A stretch of 64,000 nucleotides of DNA from Bdellovibrionales bacterium. GTDB lineage: Bacteria; Bdellovibrionota; Bdellovibrionia; Bdellovibrionales; UBA1609. Shown in pieces: positions 29,098 to 39,934 of this stretch (its first letter is position 1; every line of letters starts with the position of its first letter). The translations under genes were made by a program, and so were the position numbers. Location: positions 1,184,001 to 1,248,000 of the forward strand of contig OZ241456.1 of assembly GCA_965200875.1 (NCBI GenBank). Direction: 5' to 3'. The notes below the pieces were generated by a model that saw only the letters and a program-made list of their open reading frames with translations, ran no database searches and was not told the DNA's origin.

Positions 29098-31533
29098 TCA
29101 GGAAAGTGTTTCTTTCTTAATTTCTATTTGTGTAAAACTTTCAATAATATCACCGGGTTTTAAATTTTTATTCTGATCAAGCCCGATTCCACATTCCTGC
29201 CCTTCCAAAACTTCCTTGGCGGATTGTTTAAATCTTTTTAAACTGCTGATTTTCCCCTCATAAATCACATTATTATCCCGAATCAAACGCGCTTTATGAT
29301 TTCCCATGATTTTTCCTTTGAGAACTTTACAACCGGCAATCATACCCACATTGGAAATAGGAAAGACCTGCTGGATCTCAGCCCGACCGCCAAAAGTTTC
29401 CTGAATTTCGGGATCCAAAAGACCTGCCATCATGCTTTCCATCTCTTTTAAGAGATCGTAAATCACTTTATAGGACTTTACGACAATTCCCTCCTGTTTA
29501 ATGATCTTTCGGGCTTTAGTGGATATAGAAACATTAAAACAAACCAATATAGCTCCTGATGCGCCAGCCAACAGAACATCACTCTCATTAACAGCACCTA
29601 AATTGGCATGCACAATTTTAGTGGATACTTCCTCTGTGTTAAGCTTCTCAATGGAATATTTAATAGCTTCCATACTCCCAACAACATCCGTTTTTAAAAC
29701 AACATTCAGTGTTTTTGATTTGTTTCCATGAGCTTTTAATAAGAGTTCGTCCACAGACAAATTGTTTATATCTTCACTGGCATTTTCTGTAACATTTTTC
29801 TTCTCTGATATAAAACGACGAGCCTCTTTTTCGTTTTTCACTGCGTAAAAAGACTCACCTGCCTGCACAGGCTGATCAAAACCAGAAATTTCCACAGGTA
29901 AACCTGGCCCTGCTGAAGAAACTGTCTTACCTATATCATTTGTCATCTGACGAACGCGCCCCACTTGGTTATCTGAAATTAAAACCTGGCCGGATTCAAG
30001 AGTCCCATCCTGTACCAACAGAGTCATAACCCATCCTCTTCCTTTTTCCAGCCGACTTTCAATAACAACACCTAAAGCCGAACGATTGGGATTCGCTTTC
30101 AGCTCATGCACTTCCGCTAAAAGCATAATATGTTCCAACAGTTCTTTAATGCCATTTCCTTTTAAAGCGGAAATTGGACAAAAGATAGTGTCCCCTCCCC
30201 ACTCTTCAGGAACCAACTCCAGCTCCATAAGCTGTTTTTTGACATTCTCGATATTGGAATGAGCCAAATCCGCCTTATTAACAGCTACAATAATGGGAAC
30301 TTTCGCATTTTTGGCGTGATTAATAGCCTCGACTGTTTGAGGTTGAACACCATCATCTCCAGCCACAACAATCACGACAATATCCGTTACTTTAGCTCCC
30401 CTAGCTCTCATGGTGGCAAACGCAGAATGGCCAGGAGTATCAATAAAAGTCACAAAGCTTTTACCAACCGGAACACTATATGCACCGATATGTTGAGTGA
30501 TGCCTCCTGCTTCCTGACTGGCAACACGACTTTTTCGGATATAATCCAGCAAAGTTGTTTTACCATGATTCACATGACCCATAACAGTTACCACAGGTGG
30601 CTTGTTTTGTTTTTCCCCGGATAATTTTCCAAAAAATAAAGATTCAATAAATTCATTTTTGCCTTTTTTTATATTTTTTACTTCAAAATTAAAAAAAGAA
30701 GCTATGACTTCCGCTGTTTCATAATCAAAGGCAGATGGGGTTTTTGAATCAGAAAATAACCCCTCAGCCATTATTTTTTTCATCAATTTTTTTTTCTTTA
30801 CCCCCATTTGATGTGCAATATCTTCAATAGAGATACTGTCATCACGCATTTTTATTATTCGTTTATAGGATTTTGGAGTTGTAATTTGTGTTTTTTTAAA
30901 CCCTGCTCCTGAAACAACTCGTTTTTTCTTTGGCTGAAAAATCACTTCTCTCTTTCTAAAGTCAGTCGCACGAAACTGTTGAACCTGACCTTCCTTTTCC
31001 AAAGAAGTTTTTTTCGGTTTTTTCTTCTCTGTAGACAAAGCGTCTGATGTGTCACTAATTTTTTTCAGGATCTCCTGTTGAGTTTCAGCGGAAACCAACC
31101 CTTGACGAATATGGCTGTTGGTAACCACACTGACAGACTGTGTTTCCTGCACAACCTCCATAACTTTTGATTCTGGCTTTTTATCAGCACTTTGCACTTC
31201 TTGGCGCATAGCTGATATTTTTGATTCTTCTGTGCGCGCTCTTCTGCGTATAACACCCGTGCGAAGGACAGGCTTTTCAGCGGAAATTATCTCATCTGAT
31301 CCTGTGGAAATATTTTTCTGAGTAACTCTTTTTTTTCTTACGGAGCTTTTTTTAACAGTGGCAGAGGGCACTAACTTTTTTTTATTTTCAAAAAAACCTC
31401 GTATTTTTTCCACATCATCCACACTTAAAGCCTGCATGTGGTTTTTTACAGATATATTATGTTCTTTACGAAGCTTATCCAAAAGATCCACGCTTCTCAA
31501 GTTCAAGTCTTTTGCCAGTTCATACACTTTCAT
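29098..31533 (-). CDS. infB: translation initiation factor IF-2
   Basis: [41 protein letters not shown]. Confidence 0.99.
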   Translation of the reverse strand: MKVYELAKDLNLRSVDLLDKLRKEHNISVKNHMQALSVDDVEKIRGFFENKKKLVPSATVKKSSVRKKRVTQKNISTGSDEIISAEKPVLRTGVIRRRARTEESKISAMRQEVQSADKKPESKVMEVVQETQSVSVVTNSHIRQGLVSAETQQEILKKISDTSDALSTEKKKPKKTSLEKEGQVQQFRATDFRKREVIFQPKKKRVVSGAGFKKTQITTPKSYKRIIKMRDDSISIEDIAHQMGVKKKKLMKKIMAEGLFSDSKTPSAFDYETAEVIASFFNFEVKNIKKGKNEFIESLFFGKLSGEKQNKPPVVTVMGHVNHGKTTLLDYIRKSRVASQEAGGITQHIGAYSVPVGKSFVTFIDTPGHSAFATMRARGAKVTDIVVIVVAGDDGVQPQTVEAINHAKNAKVPIIVAVNKADLAHSNIENVKKQLMELELVPEEWGGDTIFCPISALKGNGIKELLEHIMLLAEVHELKANPNRSALGVVIESRLEKGRGWVMTLLVQDGTLESGQVLISDNQVGRVRQMTNDIGKTVSSAGPGLPVEISGFDQPVQAGESFYAVKNEKEARRFISEKKNVTENASEDINNLSVDELLLKAHGNKSKTLNVVLKTDVVGSMEAIKYSIEKLNTEEVSTKIVHANLGAVNESDVLLAGASGAILVCFNVSISTKARKIIKQEGIVVKSYKVIYDLLKEMESMMAGLLDPEIQETFGGRAEIQQVFPISNVGMIAGCKVLKGKIMGNHKARLIRDNNVIYEGKISSLKRFKQSAKEVLEGQECGIGLDQNKNLKPGDIIESFTQIEIKKETLS

Positions 31534-31561
31534 TAAAAAACCTCATAAGTCCAATACAAAA

Positions 31562-33139
31562 TTATTGTTTCGTCTGTTCCTTTTTTGTCTCCTTGGAGGA
31601 TTGATCGACAGAAGATTCTGCAGAATTTTCAGACGATTTTTTATCATTAGAAACAGAAGTATGATTCAAGGTCTCGGCTTTAGACTTTTCCCCGGAAGCT
31701 TTTGCCCCGCCGAACCTATTGGCAGTTTCGCCTCTATGGGTCGCTCCTTCTTTTAATTGAGCAAGCTCCTCTTTTAATTTTTGATCAGCCTGCGCTTTTA
31801 CATCCTTGGAAGAAGCCACTGGTCGTTTCTGAGTTTTTAAAGGAGGGGCTGAAGGAATTTCCATACCTTCCTCTTTGTATTTTTTCACCAAGTCCTTGGC
31901 TTTTTGAATCAGGTTCATAGCTGTTTCCTGTTTTTCATACCCGGGAATTAATATGAGCCGATCAACAGGAGATTCTGCAAGTTCCTGAAAAGAGGATATT
32001 CCAAACTGATATATGTTTTCCGCCATAGTTTCTGTAACTTCTGGTAAAAGTTTAAGATTAAAAACAGCTATTCTTTTTCTATCTTCAAAATTAGTAAGTG
32101 AAACAATATTTAAGTCCCACTTAGTTAAGTTTACGGCCAATCGCACATTTTGCCCCTTTTTCCCAATAGCCAAAGAAAGTTGATCGTCAGCCACAACTAC
32201 TTCCATTTCCTTGTTTTCCTCATCCACTAAAACTTTCGATATTTTTGCTGGTGCTAGAGCGTTACACACAAACTTCACGGGATCTTCATCATAGAGAATA
32301 ACATCAATCCTTTCCCCTTTTAACTCCTGCGTAATATTTTGCACCCGACTTCCCTTCATACCCACGCAAGCACCCACAGGATGAACCGCTGAATCCGTAC
32401 TGTAAACTGCCATTTTAGCTCTGTGTCCCGGTTCCCTAGCCGCAGAAACAATTTTAACAATACCTTCATAAATTTCAGGCACTTCTTTTTCAAAAAGTTT
32501 AATCAAATAATCAGAGTGGGCACGGGACATAATAATTTGTGGTCCTCTTGTGGTTTGTCTGACTTCCAAAATATAGCCTTGAATCCGATCCCCAGTATTG
32601 TATTTTTCCCCGTAAATTTGCTCTTTTCTGGGAATATAAGCTTCCACCTTTTCCAAATCCACAACAACCATTCCTCTATCAACTCTGCGAACCATCCCAG
32701 AAACAACTTCCCCTTTTCGTTTTTCAAATTCATTAAAAACCATTTCATTTTCTGCATCTTTCAAACTTTGTGCCACAATTTGTTTGGCCATATATGCGTC
32801 AATTCTTCCCAAAGCTGATGCCTCTAAAGGAACACCAATTTGATCTTTCACACGCGCTTCCGGATCCAATTTTAAAGCTGAGCTGAGTTTAATTTCAATT
32901 TGTTCGTCTATAAAGTTTTCATCTTCCACCACTTCTTTAAACTCATAAAGCTCCAGCTGCCCCGTTTCTTCGTTATATTTCACTTCAATATCCCGATAAG
33001 TTCCATACTTTTTTCTGGCCGCAGATAACATCCCATGAACAATAGAATCAATGACCACTTTTCGCTCTATACCTCTATCCTTGCTTACCTGATCAATAAG
33101 CCTACCCAACTCAGAAAAAACATTTGTTATTGTACTCAT
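31562..33139 (-). CDS. nusA: transcription termination factor NusA
   Basis: AREPGHRAK, GACVGMKGSRV, LSLAIGKKGQNVRLA. Confidence 0.98.
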   Translation of the reverse strand: MSTITNVFSELGRLIDQVSKDRGIERKVVIDSIVHGMLSAARKKYGTYRDIEVKYNEETGQLELYEFKEVVEDENFIDEQIEIKLSSALKLDPEARVKDQIGVPLEASALGRIDAYMAKQIVAQSLKDAENEMVFNEFEKRKGEVVSGMVRRVDRGMVVVDLEKVEAYIPRKEQIYGEKYNTGDRIQGYILEVRQTTRGPQIIMSRAHSDYLIKLFEKEVPEIYEGIVKIVSAAREPGHRAKMAVYSTDSAVHPVGACVGMKGSRVQNITQELKGERIDVILYDEDPVKFVCNALAPAKISKVLVDEENKEMEVVVADDQLSLAIGKKGQNVRLAVNLTKWDLNIVSLTNFEDRKRIAVFNLKLLPEVTETMAENIYQFGISSFQELAESPVDRLILIPGYEKQETAMNLIQKAKDLVKKYKEEGMEIPSAPPLKTQKRPVASSKDVKAQADQKLKEELAQLKEGATHRGETANRFGGAKASGEKSKAETLNHTSVSNDKKSSENSAESSVDQSSKETKKEQTKQ

Positions 33140-33164
33140 ATTTTGCTCCTTTTTTTTGCCTAAA

Positions 33165-33665
33165 CTAAAATACTGTACGCGCTTTTGTAATAATATTTAC
33201 AGGAATTGTCCAATTCAAAAAACCATCATTTACGCTTATTATATTGTTCTCAAACTTGCATAGCTTTCCATATAATATCGTTTTTTGCCTCTTTTTCTCT
33301 GATTTTTTATCATAACAAGTCACTGGCTGGCTAGTGTGAATTTTTACAGTTTCCCCAACAGCCGACAAAAAATGCCAGTCTTTTTTAAGAAATCTCTCCA
33401 AACCTGGGCTGGATACTTCACATTTGATATTCTTCATTCCTTCCGACTCCAGTAAAAATAACAAGGATTCCATAAACTTACCACAAAGGTTCAAGTCAAC
33501 AGGATTTTTTTCACTGGCAATATATACTCTTAGCAGATTGGCCTTGAACTCTATATCATAAATACGCACCTTGTTCATTTTGCCAGCTGTATTAATCATC
33601 TGATTTAATTTCAAATCAGATGATTCTTTTTCCCTTTTAGTTTTTTTACAACTGTTCTTTTGCAT
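33165..33665 (-). CDS. rimP: ribosome maturation factor RimP
   Basis: EVSSPGLER motif; upstream of nusA. Confidence 0.9.
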   Translation of the reverse strand: MQKNSCKKTKREKESSDLKLNQMINTAGKMNKVRIYDIEFKANLLRVYIASEKNPVDLNLCGKFMESLLFLLESEGMKNIKCEVSSPGLERFLKKDWHFLSAVGETVKIHTSQPVTCYDKKSEKKRQKTILYGKLCKFENNIISVNDGFLNWTIPVNIITKARTVF

Positions 33666-33769
33666 TTATGCTCCCAAATTCCAAATCCTTTTTTCAAAAA
33701 ATCAAGTGATAACAATGTGTTAATAGCTTAATCACGAATCACTATTCAAGTCTTAAAAAAATCAAACAC

Positions 33770-33799
33770 AAAAAAAGAGGGCCTTCTCAGACCCTCTTT
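33770..33799 (-). terminator. hairpin plus U-run in the rimP leader
   Basis: Minus strand AAAGAGGG-tctgagaagg-CCCTCTTTTTTT. Confidence 0.6.
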
Positions 33800-34017
33800 A
33801 CTCTGAGTAAGCTACTAAATAAAATTTGTAAAATCAAATATTTTTTATAAAAAAACACAGAAATATTGGCGTTTTTTAATTTGAGCTATCACCTTTTCTT
33901 AATCAATCAGGTTTATAAACCTTAAGAAAATTTTTTCTGTCATTGCTGGCTTCAGTTTTGTCTGACTTTTTATTGTATTCTTTATTATGTTATTATCCGT
34001 TATGCAAATGATTATTT

Positions 34018-34245
34018 TCACCTAAAACCTTTGCAATCAATGAGTTTATCCGTACTGCACATAACAAAAATACGATCGGAAATTCGTTTAAAAATATCAT
34101 CATGCAGAGAACCAAAAGAACTAACACGCTTATGTACATTATCAGGCTTTATTTTATCCCATGAAAGACCTTGACCATTTTCAGCCTCTTGGGCTTTCGC
34201 CAATTCTCCCTCTAAAACCTGAGCATCTTCACCTTCCTTCTCGCT
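34018..34245 (-). pseudogene. 3' remnant of a truncated gene abutting the Rpn duplication
   Basis: Open frame SEKEGEDAQVLEGELAKAQE...FKRISDRIF...; open upstream until a TAA at the Rpn homology breakpoint (34247). Confidence 0.45.
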
Positions 34246-34246
34246 T

Positions 34247-35061
34247 TAGGAGATAAAAAAGCATTGGATTCCCTTGTTGATGAAGAAACATTAACTCTCT
34301 TAGATAGCTCCCTTTATCCCTCTTTGGCAGACAACAAGCAAATTGTTCTGGATTTGAGAATAAGACTCAGTACCGGAGAAACTGTGAATGTGGAAATACA
34401 GTCTGTCTTAAAAATAGGTTTTTTGAAAAGAGTGCTTTTTTATTGGTCTAGACTTTACACGGAGAGTTTAAAGAAGTCAGCAGATTACAGCAGTATTTGC
34501 CCTGCATATTCCTTGATTTTCACAGACTTTGATGTTCTTCCGGTAAAAAAGTATAGAGATTTTATCAATTCCTTTTCTTTGCGATCGGATAAAGATCCAC
34601 ATTCTTCCTTGATCGATGATGAAAAGATAGTGTTTGTGGAATTAAGTAAGTTTATGAGAGCGAGGCCAGAGAGTCTGAAGGAGATAGTTGATTTGCGGGA
34701 CTTATGGTGCTATCTTTTAAAAGAGTCCTGCCACATAGGAAAAAGAGAGTGGGATATATTATCAACGAGTAAGGGGGAAGAGATGAGAAGAGCAATGGAA
34801 CATTTAAAAGATTTGTCCCAGGATGAGGATTTGCGCCGAGAAGAGGAAGCACGAGAGAAGTTTTTAAGAGATCAGCGTGCAGAGAAAGCTTATGCCTTTA
34901 ACAAAGGCCGAGAAGAAGGCATGGAACAAGGTTTGAAGACAGGCATGGAACAAATAGCTTTGAATATGCTCAAAAAAAATATGCAGATTTCTGATATCAT
35001 TGAAATCACTGGTGTATCAGCAGAGAAAATTAAAGAGTTACAGGAAAGCTTAAAGCTCTAA
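34247..35061 (+). pseudogene. 5'-truncated copy of Rpn-family PD-(D/E)XK nuclease
   Basis: Near-identical to 35684-36534; lacks the first ~50 codons; possible TTG start at 34264. Confidence 0.85.
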
Positions 35062-35064
35062 TTT

Positions 35065-35402
35065 GTCACCCGTGAAACACCCTTTAACATATTTCTATCA
35101 TAATGAGTTTTCCGTCTTTAGATCGAAGCTCTTTAACCCGTTGGAGACAAAGAATGGGAAAGGAAAAGCTTACTCTCTTGCTGAGCGAGGTGAGCTTAAG
35201 ACAGTGATAGTGGATACAACTATTATGGAGAAAGCCATAGCCTTCCCAACAGCCAGCAGACTTTATTTTAAGGCTTTGGCGAGTTCGGCTTTGAGCACAC
35301 CGCGACTGAAAGACGCGTGTGTGGCAAAACGCATGTTTGAGACCGAGCGGTGAAGTATGAGCAAATAAGCTGTACATATAAACACTCTTTTTCACGGGCC
35401 AC
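35065..35402 (+). mobile_element. internally deleted IS5-family element
   Basis: Inverted ends GTCACCCGTGAAA / TTTTTCACGGGCCAC; fragment VIVDTTIMEKAIAFPTASRLY resembles IS5-family transposases. Confidence 0.75.
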
Positions 35403-35472
35403 TTAAGATAATACGTTTGCCAAATCTCCCATAAAAACCATGTTTAGCGATATCAAACCCTCGAGATCATTT

Positions 35473-35488
35473 TGGCACGGATTTTGCA
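35473..35488 (+). promoter_or_regulatory. sigma54 (-24/-12) promoter
   Basis: TGGCAC-GGATT-TTGCA, exact consensus spacing, ending 47 nt before the Rpn ATG. Confidence 0.7.
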
Positions 35489-35535
35489 TGAACTATTTAT
35501 TAACAATAAACCACTTTTTTTAAAGGAGCTTTACC

Positions 35536-36534
35536 ATGAAAACAAATCGTAGCAAATTTTTAAACTTAAGCCAGGACCTCATGTTCAAGACCTATTTCTC
35601 TAAAAACAAAGAAGTCCTGAAATCTCTTTTAAATGCCTTTTTGCCTCTTCCTCCCAATCAAAAAGTGCAAGATATATCCTTCATAGGAGATAAAAAAGCA
35701 TTGGATTCCCTTGTTGATGAAGAAACATTAACTCTCTTAGATAGCTCCCTTTATCCCTCTTTGGCAGACAACAAGCAAATTGTTCTGGATTTGAGAATAA
35801 GACTCAGTACCGGAGAAACTGTGAATGTGGAAATACAGTCTGTCTTAAAAATAGGTTTTTTGAAAAGAGTGCTTTTTTATTGGTCTAGACTTTACACGGA
35901 GAGTTTAAAGAAGTCAGCAGATTACAGCAGTATTTGCCCTGCATATTCCTTGATTTTCACAGACTTTGATGTTCTTCCGGTAAAAAAGTATAGAGATTTT
36001 ATCAATTCCTTTTCTTTGCGATCGGATAAAGAGCCACATTCTTCCTTGATCGATGATGAAAAGATAGTGTTTGTGGAATTAAGTAAGTTTATGAGAGCGA
36101 GGCCAGAGAGTCTGAAGGAGATAGTTGATTTGCGGGACTTATGGTGCTATCTTTTAAAAGAGTCCTGCCACATAGGAAAAAGAGAGTGGGATATATTATC
36201 AACGAGTAAGGGGGAAGAGATGAGAAGAGCAATGGAACATTTAAAAGATTTGTCCCAAGATGAGGATTTGCGCCGGGAAGAAGAGGCACGGGAGAAATTT
36301 TTAAGAGATCAGCGTGCAGAGAAAGCTTATGCCTTTAACAAAGGCATGGAGAAAGGCCGAGAACAAGGCATGGAGAAAGGCTTGAAGACTGGCATGGAGA
36401 AAGGTTTGAAGACAGGCATGGAACAAATAGCTTTGAATATGCTCAAAAAAAATATGCAGATTTCTGATATCATTGAAATCACTGGTGTATCAGCAGAGAA
36501 AATTAAAGAGTTACAGGAAAGCTTAAAGCTCTAA
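35536..36534 (+). CDS. Rpn family recombination-promoting nuclease / putative transposase
   Basis: DLMFKTYF, VLDLRIRL...VNVEIQ, RVLFYWSRLY, GMEKG repeats, IALNMLK...IIEITG C-terminus; AAGGAG RBS. Confidence 0.93.
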   Translation: MKTNRSKFLNLSQDLMFKTYFSKNKEVLKSLLNAFLPLPPNQKVQDISFIGDKKALDSLVDEETLTLLDSSLYPSLADNKQIVLDLRIRLSTGETVNVEIQSVLKIGFLKRVLFYWSRLYTESLKKSADYSSICPAYSLIFTDFDVLPVKKYRDFINSFSLRSDKEPHSSLIDDEKIVFVELSKFMRARPESLKEIVDLRDLWCYLLKESCHIGKREWDILSTSKGEEMRRAMEHLKDLSQDEDLRREEEAREKFLRDQRAEKAYAFNKGMEKGREQGMEKGLKTGMEKGLKTGMEQIALNMLKKNMQISDIIEITGVSAEKIKELQESLKL

Positions 36535-36537
36535 TTT

Positions 36538-36629
36538 GTCGAGCGTGAAACACCCTTTAACATATTTCTATCATAATGAGTTTTCCGTCTTTTAAGTAAC
36601 CTGTTTTATCAGGGGTTTTCACGGAGGAC
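36538..36629. mobile_element. short MITE-like copy
   Basis: GTCGAGCGTGAAA / TTTTCACGGAGGAC; first ~55 bp shared with the 35065 element. Confidence 0.7.
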
Positions 36630-39208
36630 TAGATATTTGAATCCGCCCCTCCATCTATCAACAAATTCACTATTTCTCTAAACCGCACTACTCCAATATT
36701 TTTAGATTGTGTAGCCCATGTCAAAGCTGTATGTCCGGTATTATTACGCACATTCGGATCCGCTCCCTTCTCCAACAAAAACCGAATTATATCAACATAT
36801 TCAGACCGTACAGCCTCTATCAAAGCTGTATTCCCATAATTATTACGCACATTCGGATCCGCTCCCTTCTCCAACAATAACTGCATTACTTCTATATTTT
36901 CAGCTCGTACAGCCAATATGAAAGCTGTCTCCCCGTAATTATTACGGATATTTGGATCCGCCCCCTTCTCCAACAATAACTGCATTACTTCTATAGTGTT
37001 ATTCTGTACAGCTCTCATCAAAGCTGTATATCCAAAACCACGACGCTGGTTTAGATCTGCTCCTCTTTCCAAAAGCAACAACATTATGTCCTTGTATTTT
37101 TCCCGGCCTCCAGATTGTTCCAGACGCCCCTTCTGAAAGGCTATTACACCATCCAAACTCTGCTGTAACATATAGCCCTTATCCAAAATCCTACCCCAAA
37201 GAGAGTGATCCAAAATCTGAGAAAGCTCATAAGCACTGTCAACAAATTCAGAATCACTGAACTTCCTTATAAACTCTCTTCTGTAGTCTGTGGTGTTCTT
37301 CCAATTACTCATCTCTCCTAATAAAGCTCGCCTTTCACTTTCTGAAAAAAATAAACCACCCTCATCTGAAATAACCCTTTTAAAAAAAGAAAAGTCCCAT
37401 CTCTCCAAAACAGTCTGACCCTTCTCCTCTGCTTGTAACCTCGGCTCTAGCTCTATCAAAGTGTAAAAAGCCCGCTTTCTCACTTGAAAAGAAAAGTGCT
37501 TACTCCTCATTACAAAATATAAATGTTCCCTGGAAAATGAAGTGGAAAAGCTAAACACTTCCCTTAAAATTAAAAAATTACTTAAAAACTCCAATTGCTT
37601 CGCATCTTTGTTGGATTCCTTAAAAGACAATATCCGCTGATATAAAGATCGAACATTTAAACCCGAACTGGCCTGCTTATGCGTGGGAACATCACCAGGT
37701 CTTATCTTCACTAATTCCAACCCTACCCCTTCAAACTCCAAAAGCTCCAAATTACTGTATGCTCTGGAATACCTAACAGGGCCAAAAAAAGACAAGCCAT
37801 GATCATGGGGCTTAAAGCCTGTAAGACTTCTTCGAAGCTCTGGAAGAATACTCGATCCCACATAATTGTTTATCAAATACTCATTCGACAAACCATTTTC
37901 ACCTCCTATCACCTTTGGCAGAGCCAACACATAACCTTGTTCCAACACACTTAATCGTACCCCCTCTAATAAAGCTTTAAGCCTCTGAGTATCCATATTC
38001 TGAATCTTATCCACAAAAGCTGTTTTGACTTTTTGACCTTCAGAGTTTAAAGCCTCCCCTAAGACCACAGTAATATGGCCTGAAGACCTGTGCCAGCTGT
38101 CTGTTAAGGTAAAGTAAAGAAAATTAGGGTCCAAAGCTCTTCCAAAATATGTATTAGTGGCACAGTCTCCTCCCATACAGGACCTGAAAGGCGATTCCTG
38201 AAGAGAAAGCCTCCTTAGCCTTAAAACTTCTGTCCCCTCAATAGTATGAGGTTGACTGCGAACATCCTCCGTGATTTTTGATAACAGCTCTGCATCATTC
38301 GGCACTTTAGCCTTTAAGCTTTCCACAAGCTCCGCAAAATGACCCATAAAACCCAATTCAAAAGCAATATTGTCTCTTTCAATTAAAAGATTTCGTAAAG
38401 CATTCAGGTTTTCTTGTGGATTGGCATCCTTAAGTGCTTCCATCCACGCTTTGTTGCCAAAACCAGATGTATAAATTAAATCCACCATCGCTTGAGAAAT
38501 TCTTTGTATGATTTTTTCATAAGACCCCTCTGGTGAAGTTTCATTGGCTTTTTGTTCTGCATTCAAAAAATCAGACCGGACCTCCGCTAGAGCCTTGTAC
38601 AAAGCAATAACTCGCTCTCTGTAAGGTTGTTGGGGGTTTTTTATAAAATCCCTCAGCTCTTTATTTAAGGATGTGGTATCGAGCCAAGCTATAAAATCTT
38701 GCCTTTCCTGCTTTCTTTTTTCCCTTAGTGCTTTCTTTTCCGCTTTAGGGTTTTGCTCCTGCCCTCTAAACATTTTGATCCAAAAACCCAAGTTTGCCTC
38801 TATATGAAATAAATTGTTCTGTATCCGATTGCTTTTGCTCTTGAAAGATGTAATGAAATTTACAAGGCTTTGGGGTCTTTCTTTTCTTACTGTGGCAAAC
38901 TCAAAAATATAGTCTCTTAAAGGAATTTTGGAAAGCGAAGGATTTTGCTTCAAGATATCAAAAACAGATTGCAGACCTGCTCTGCCATTTTCAGAATAAG
39001 GAGTCCAATTTTTAAGATAAAACTTAAAGAGATCATCTTGTCCTTCTCTGAGAACCAACCCCCTAGTCATGGCCTCTGCAAAGGAGCTTGGATTGGAAAA
39101 CATCTCTCCAGAATCAGAAAACGCCTCCTCACAAGACATTGCGTAAGACATTGATTGAAAAAAAACCAGCAGAAAAGCCAGTAAAAAATGATAACTTTCA
39201 AAACGCAT
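36629..39208 (-). CDS. secreted protein with C-terminal ankyrin repeats
   Basis: Signal peptide; repeated G.TAL..A......V..LLLEKGADPN.RNNYG. Confidence 0.9.
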   Translation of the reverse strand: MRFESYHFLLAFLLVFFQSMSYAMSCEEAFSDSGEMFSNPSSFAEAMTRGLVLREGQDDLFKFYLKNWTPYSENGRAGLQSVFDILKQNPSLSKIPLRDYIFEFATVRKERPQSLVNFITSFKSKSNRIQNNLFHIEANLGFWIKMFRGQEQNPKAEKKALREKRKQERQDFIAWLDTTSLNKELRDFIKNPQQPYRERVIALYKALAEVRSDFLNAEQKANETSPEGSYEKIIQRISQAMVDLIYTSGFGNKAWMEALKDANPQENLNALRNLLIERDNIAFELGFMGHFAELVESLKAKVPNDAELLSKITEDVRSQPHTIEGTEVLRLRRLSLQESPFRSCMGGDCATNTYFGRALDPNFLYFTLTDSWHRSSGHITVVLGEALNSEGQKVKTAFVDKIQNMDTQRLKALLEGVRLSVLEQGYVLALPKVIGGENGLSNEYLINNYVGSSILPELRRSLTGFKPHDHGLSFFGPVRYSRAYSNLELLEFEGVGLELVKIRPGDVPTHKQASSGLNVRSLYQRILSFKESNKDAKQLEFLSNFLILREVFSFSTSFSREHLYFVMRSKHFSFQVRKRAFYTLIELEPRLQAEEKGQTVLERWDFSFFKRVISDEGGLFFSESERRALLGEMSNWKNTTDYRREFIRKFSDSEFVDSAYELSQILDHSLWGRILDKGYMLQQSLDGVIAFQKGRLEQSGGREKYKDIMLLLLERGADLNQRRGFGYTALMRAVQNNTIEVMQLLLEKGADPNIRNNYGETAFILAVRAENIEVMQLLLEKGADPNVRNNYGNTALIEAVRSEYVDIIRFLLEKGADPNVRNNTGHTALTWATQSKNIGVVRFREIVNLLIDGGADSNI
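36721..37080. repeat. 99-bp ankyrin-coding tandem repeats
   Basis: AAAGCTGT units at about 36721, 36820, 36919, 37018. Confidence 0.85.
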
Positions 39209-39558
39209 AATGTATTATATATGTAGTTATGATTCCAAACAAACAGAGACCTTTAAAAAAGATATTTTCATTAAAAAAACAACCCTCTTAATGTAAAATT
39301 TACATTAATCATCTCTTTGAAAACGCATCACAGGACTTCATATTCGTTAAAAAGACTTTTTCCCGGATAACCAACAATGTACTTTTTGCCGGTTTTTGAC
39401 AAAAGACTGTGTCATTTTTTAAATATTTTTGCTGGAAAAACAGCTTTAAACGGCTTTAATCAGTTTTAAACAGATTTTAATATTGAAAAATTGACCTCTC
39501 CGGTACTTTCATTTAATTTAGTAAGAAAGAGGAAAATTTTAAATATTTTGGATTTTAA

Positions 39559-39874
39559 TATGGTGTCTGTTTCAAAAAAATCATTAAAAACATACGAAGT
39601 TTGTATTGGAGACTGTTCTTTAAGGCTGAAATCTCAGCATAATCCCGATACTTTGAATGAAATTGTTCAAGTAGTGGAACAACAAATACGTTGTTCAAAA
39701 GAGTATAATCGGAACTTATCCATGCAAAAAGCATTTGTGTTGTCTTGCTTGAATATAGCTGAAGAGCTTGTTTGTCTCAAACAGGCCTTACGGCGACAGA
39801 TGAACCTTATGGAGTCTTCAGTTCAATCCATTTTTTCTGAATTAAAATCTTCCTCTACAAATATATCAAAATAA
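39559..39874 (+). CDS. zapA: cell division protein ZapA
   Basis: YEVCIG..SLRLKS...AFVLSCLNIAEEL; upstream of ygfA-rny; start uncertain. Confidence 0.8.
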
Positions 39875-39934
39875 CGGCAAAACCGAATACGGTTGAAAAG
39901 CCAAATAATTTGATAATGCAAGAGGAAACTGATA

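Noticed and set aside
35063..35353. 96-aa ORF as a functional transposase
   Set aside because: Only ~30 codons resemble IS5 transposase; the rest is MITE end sequence
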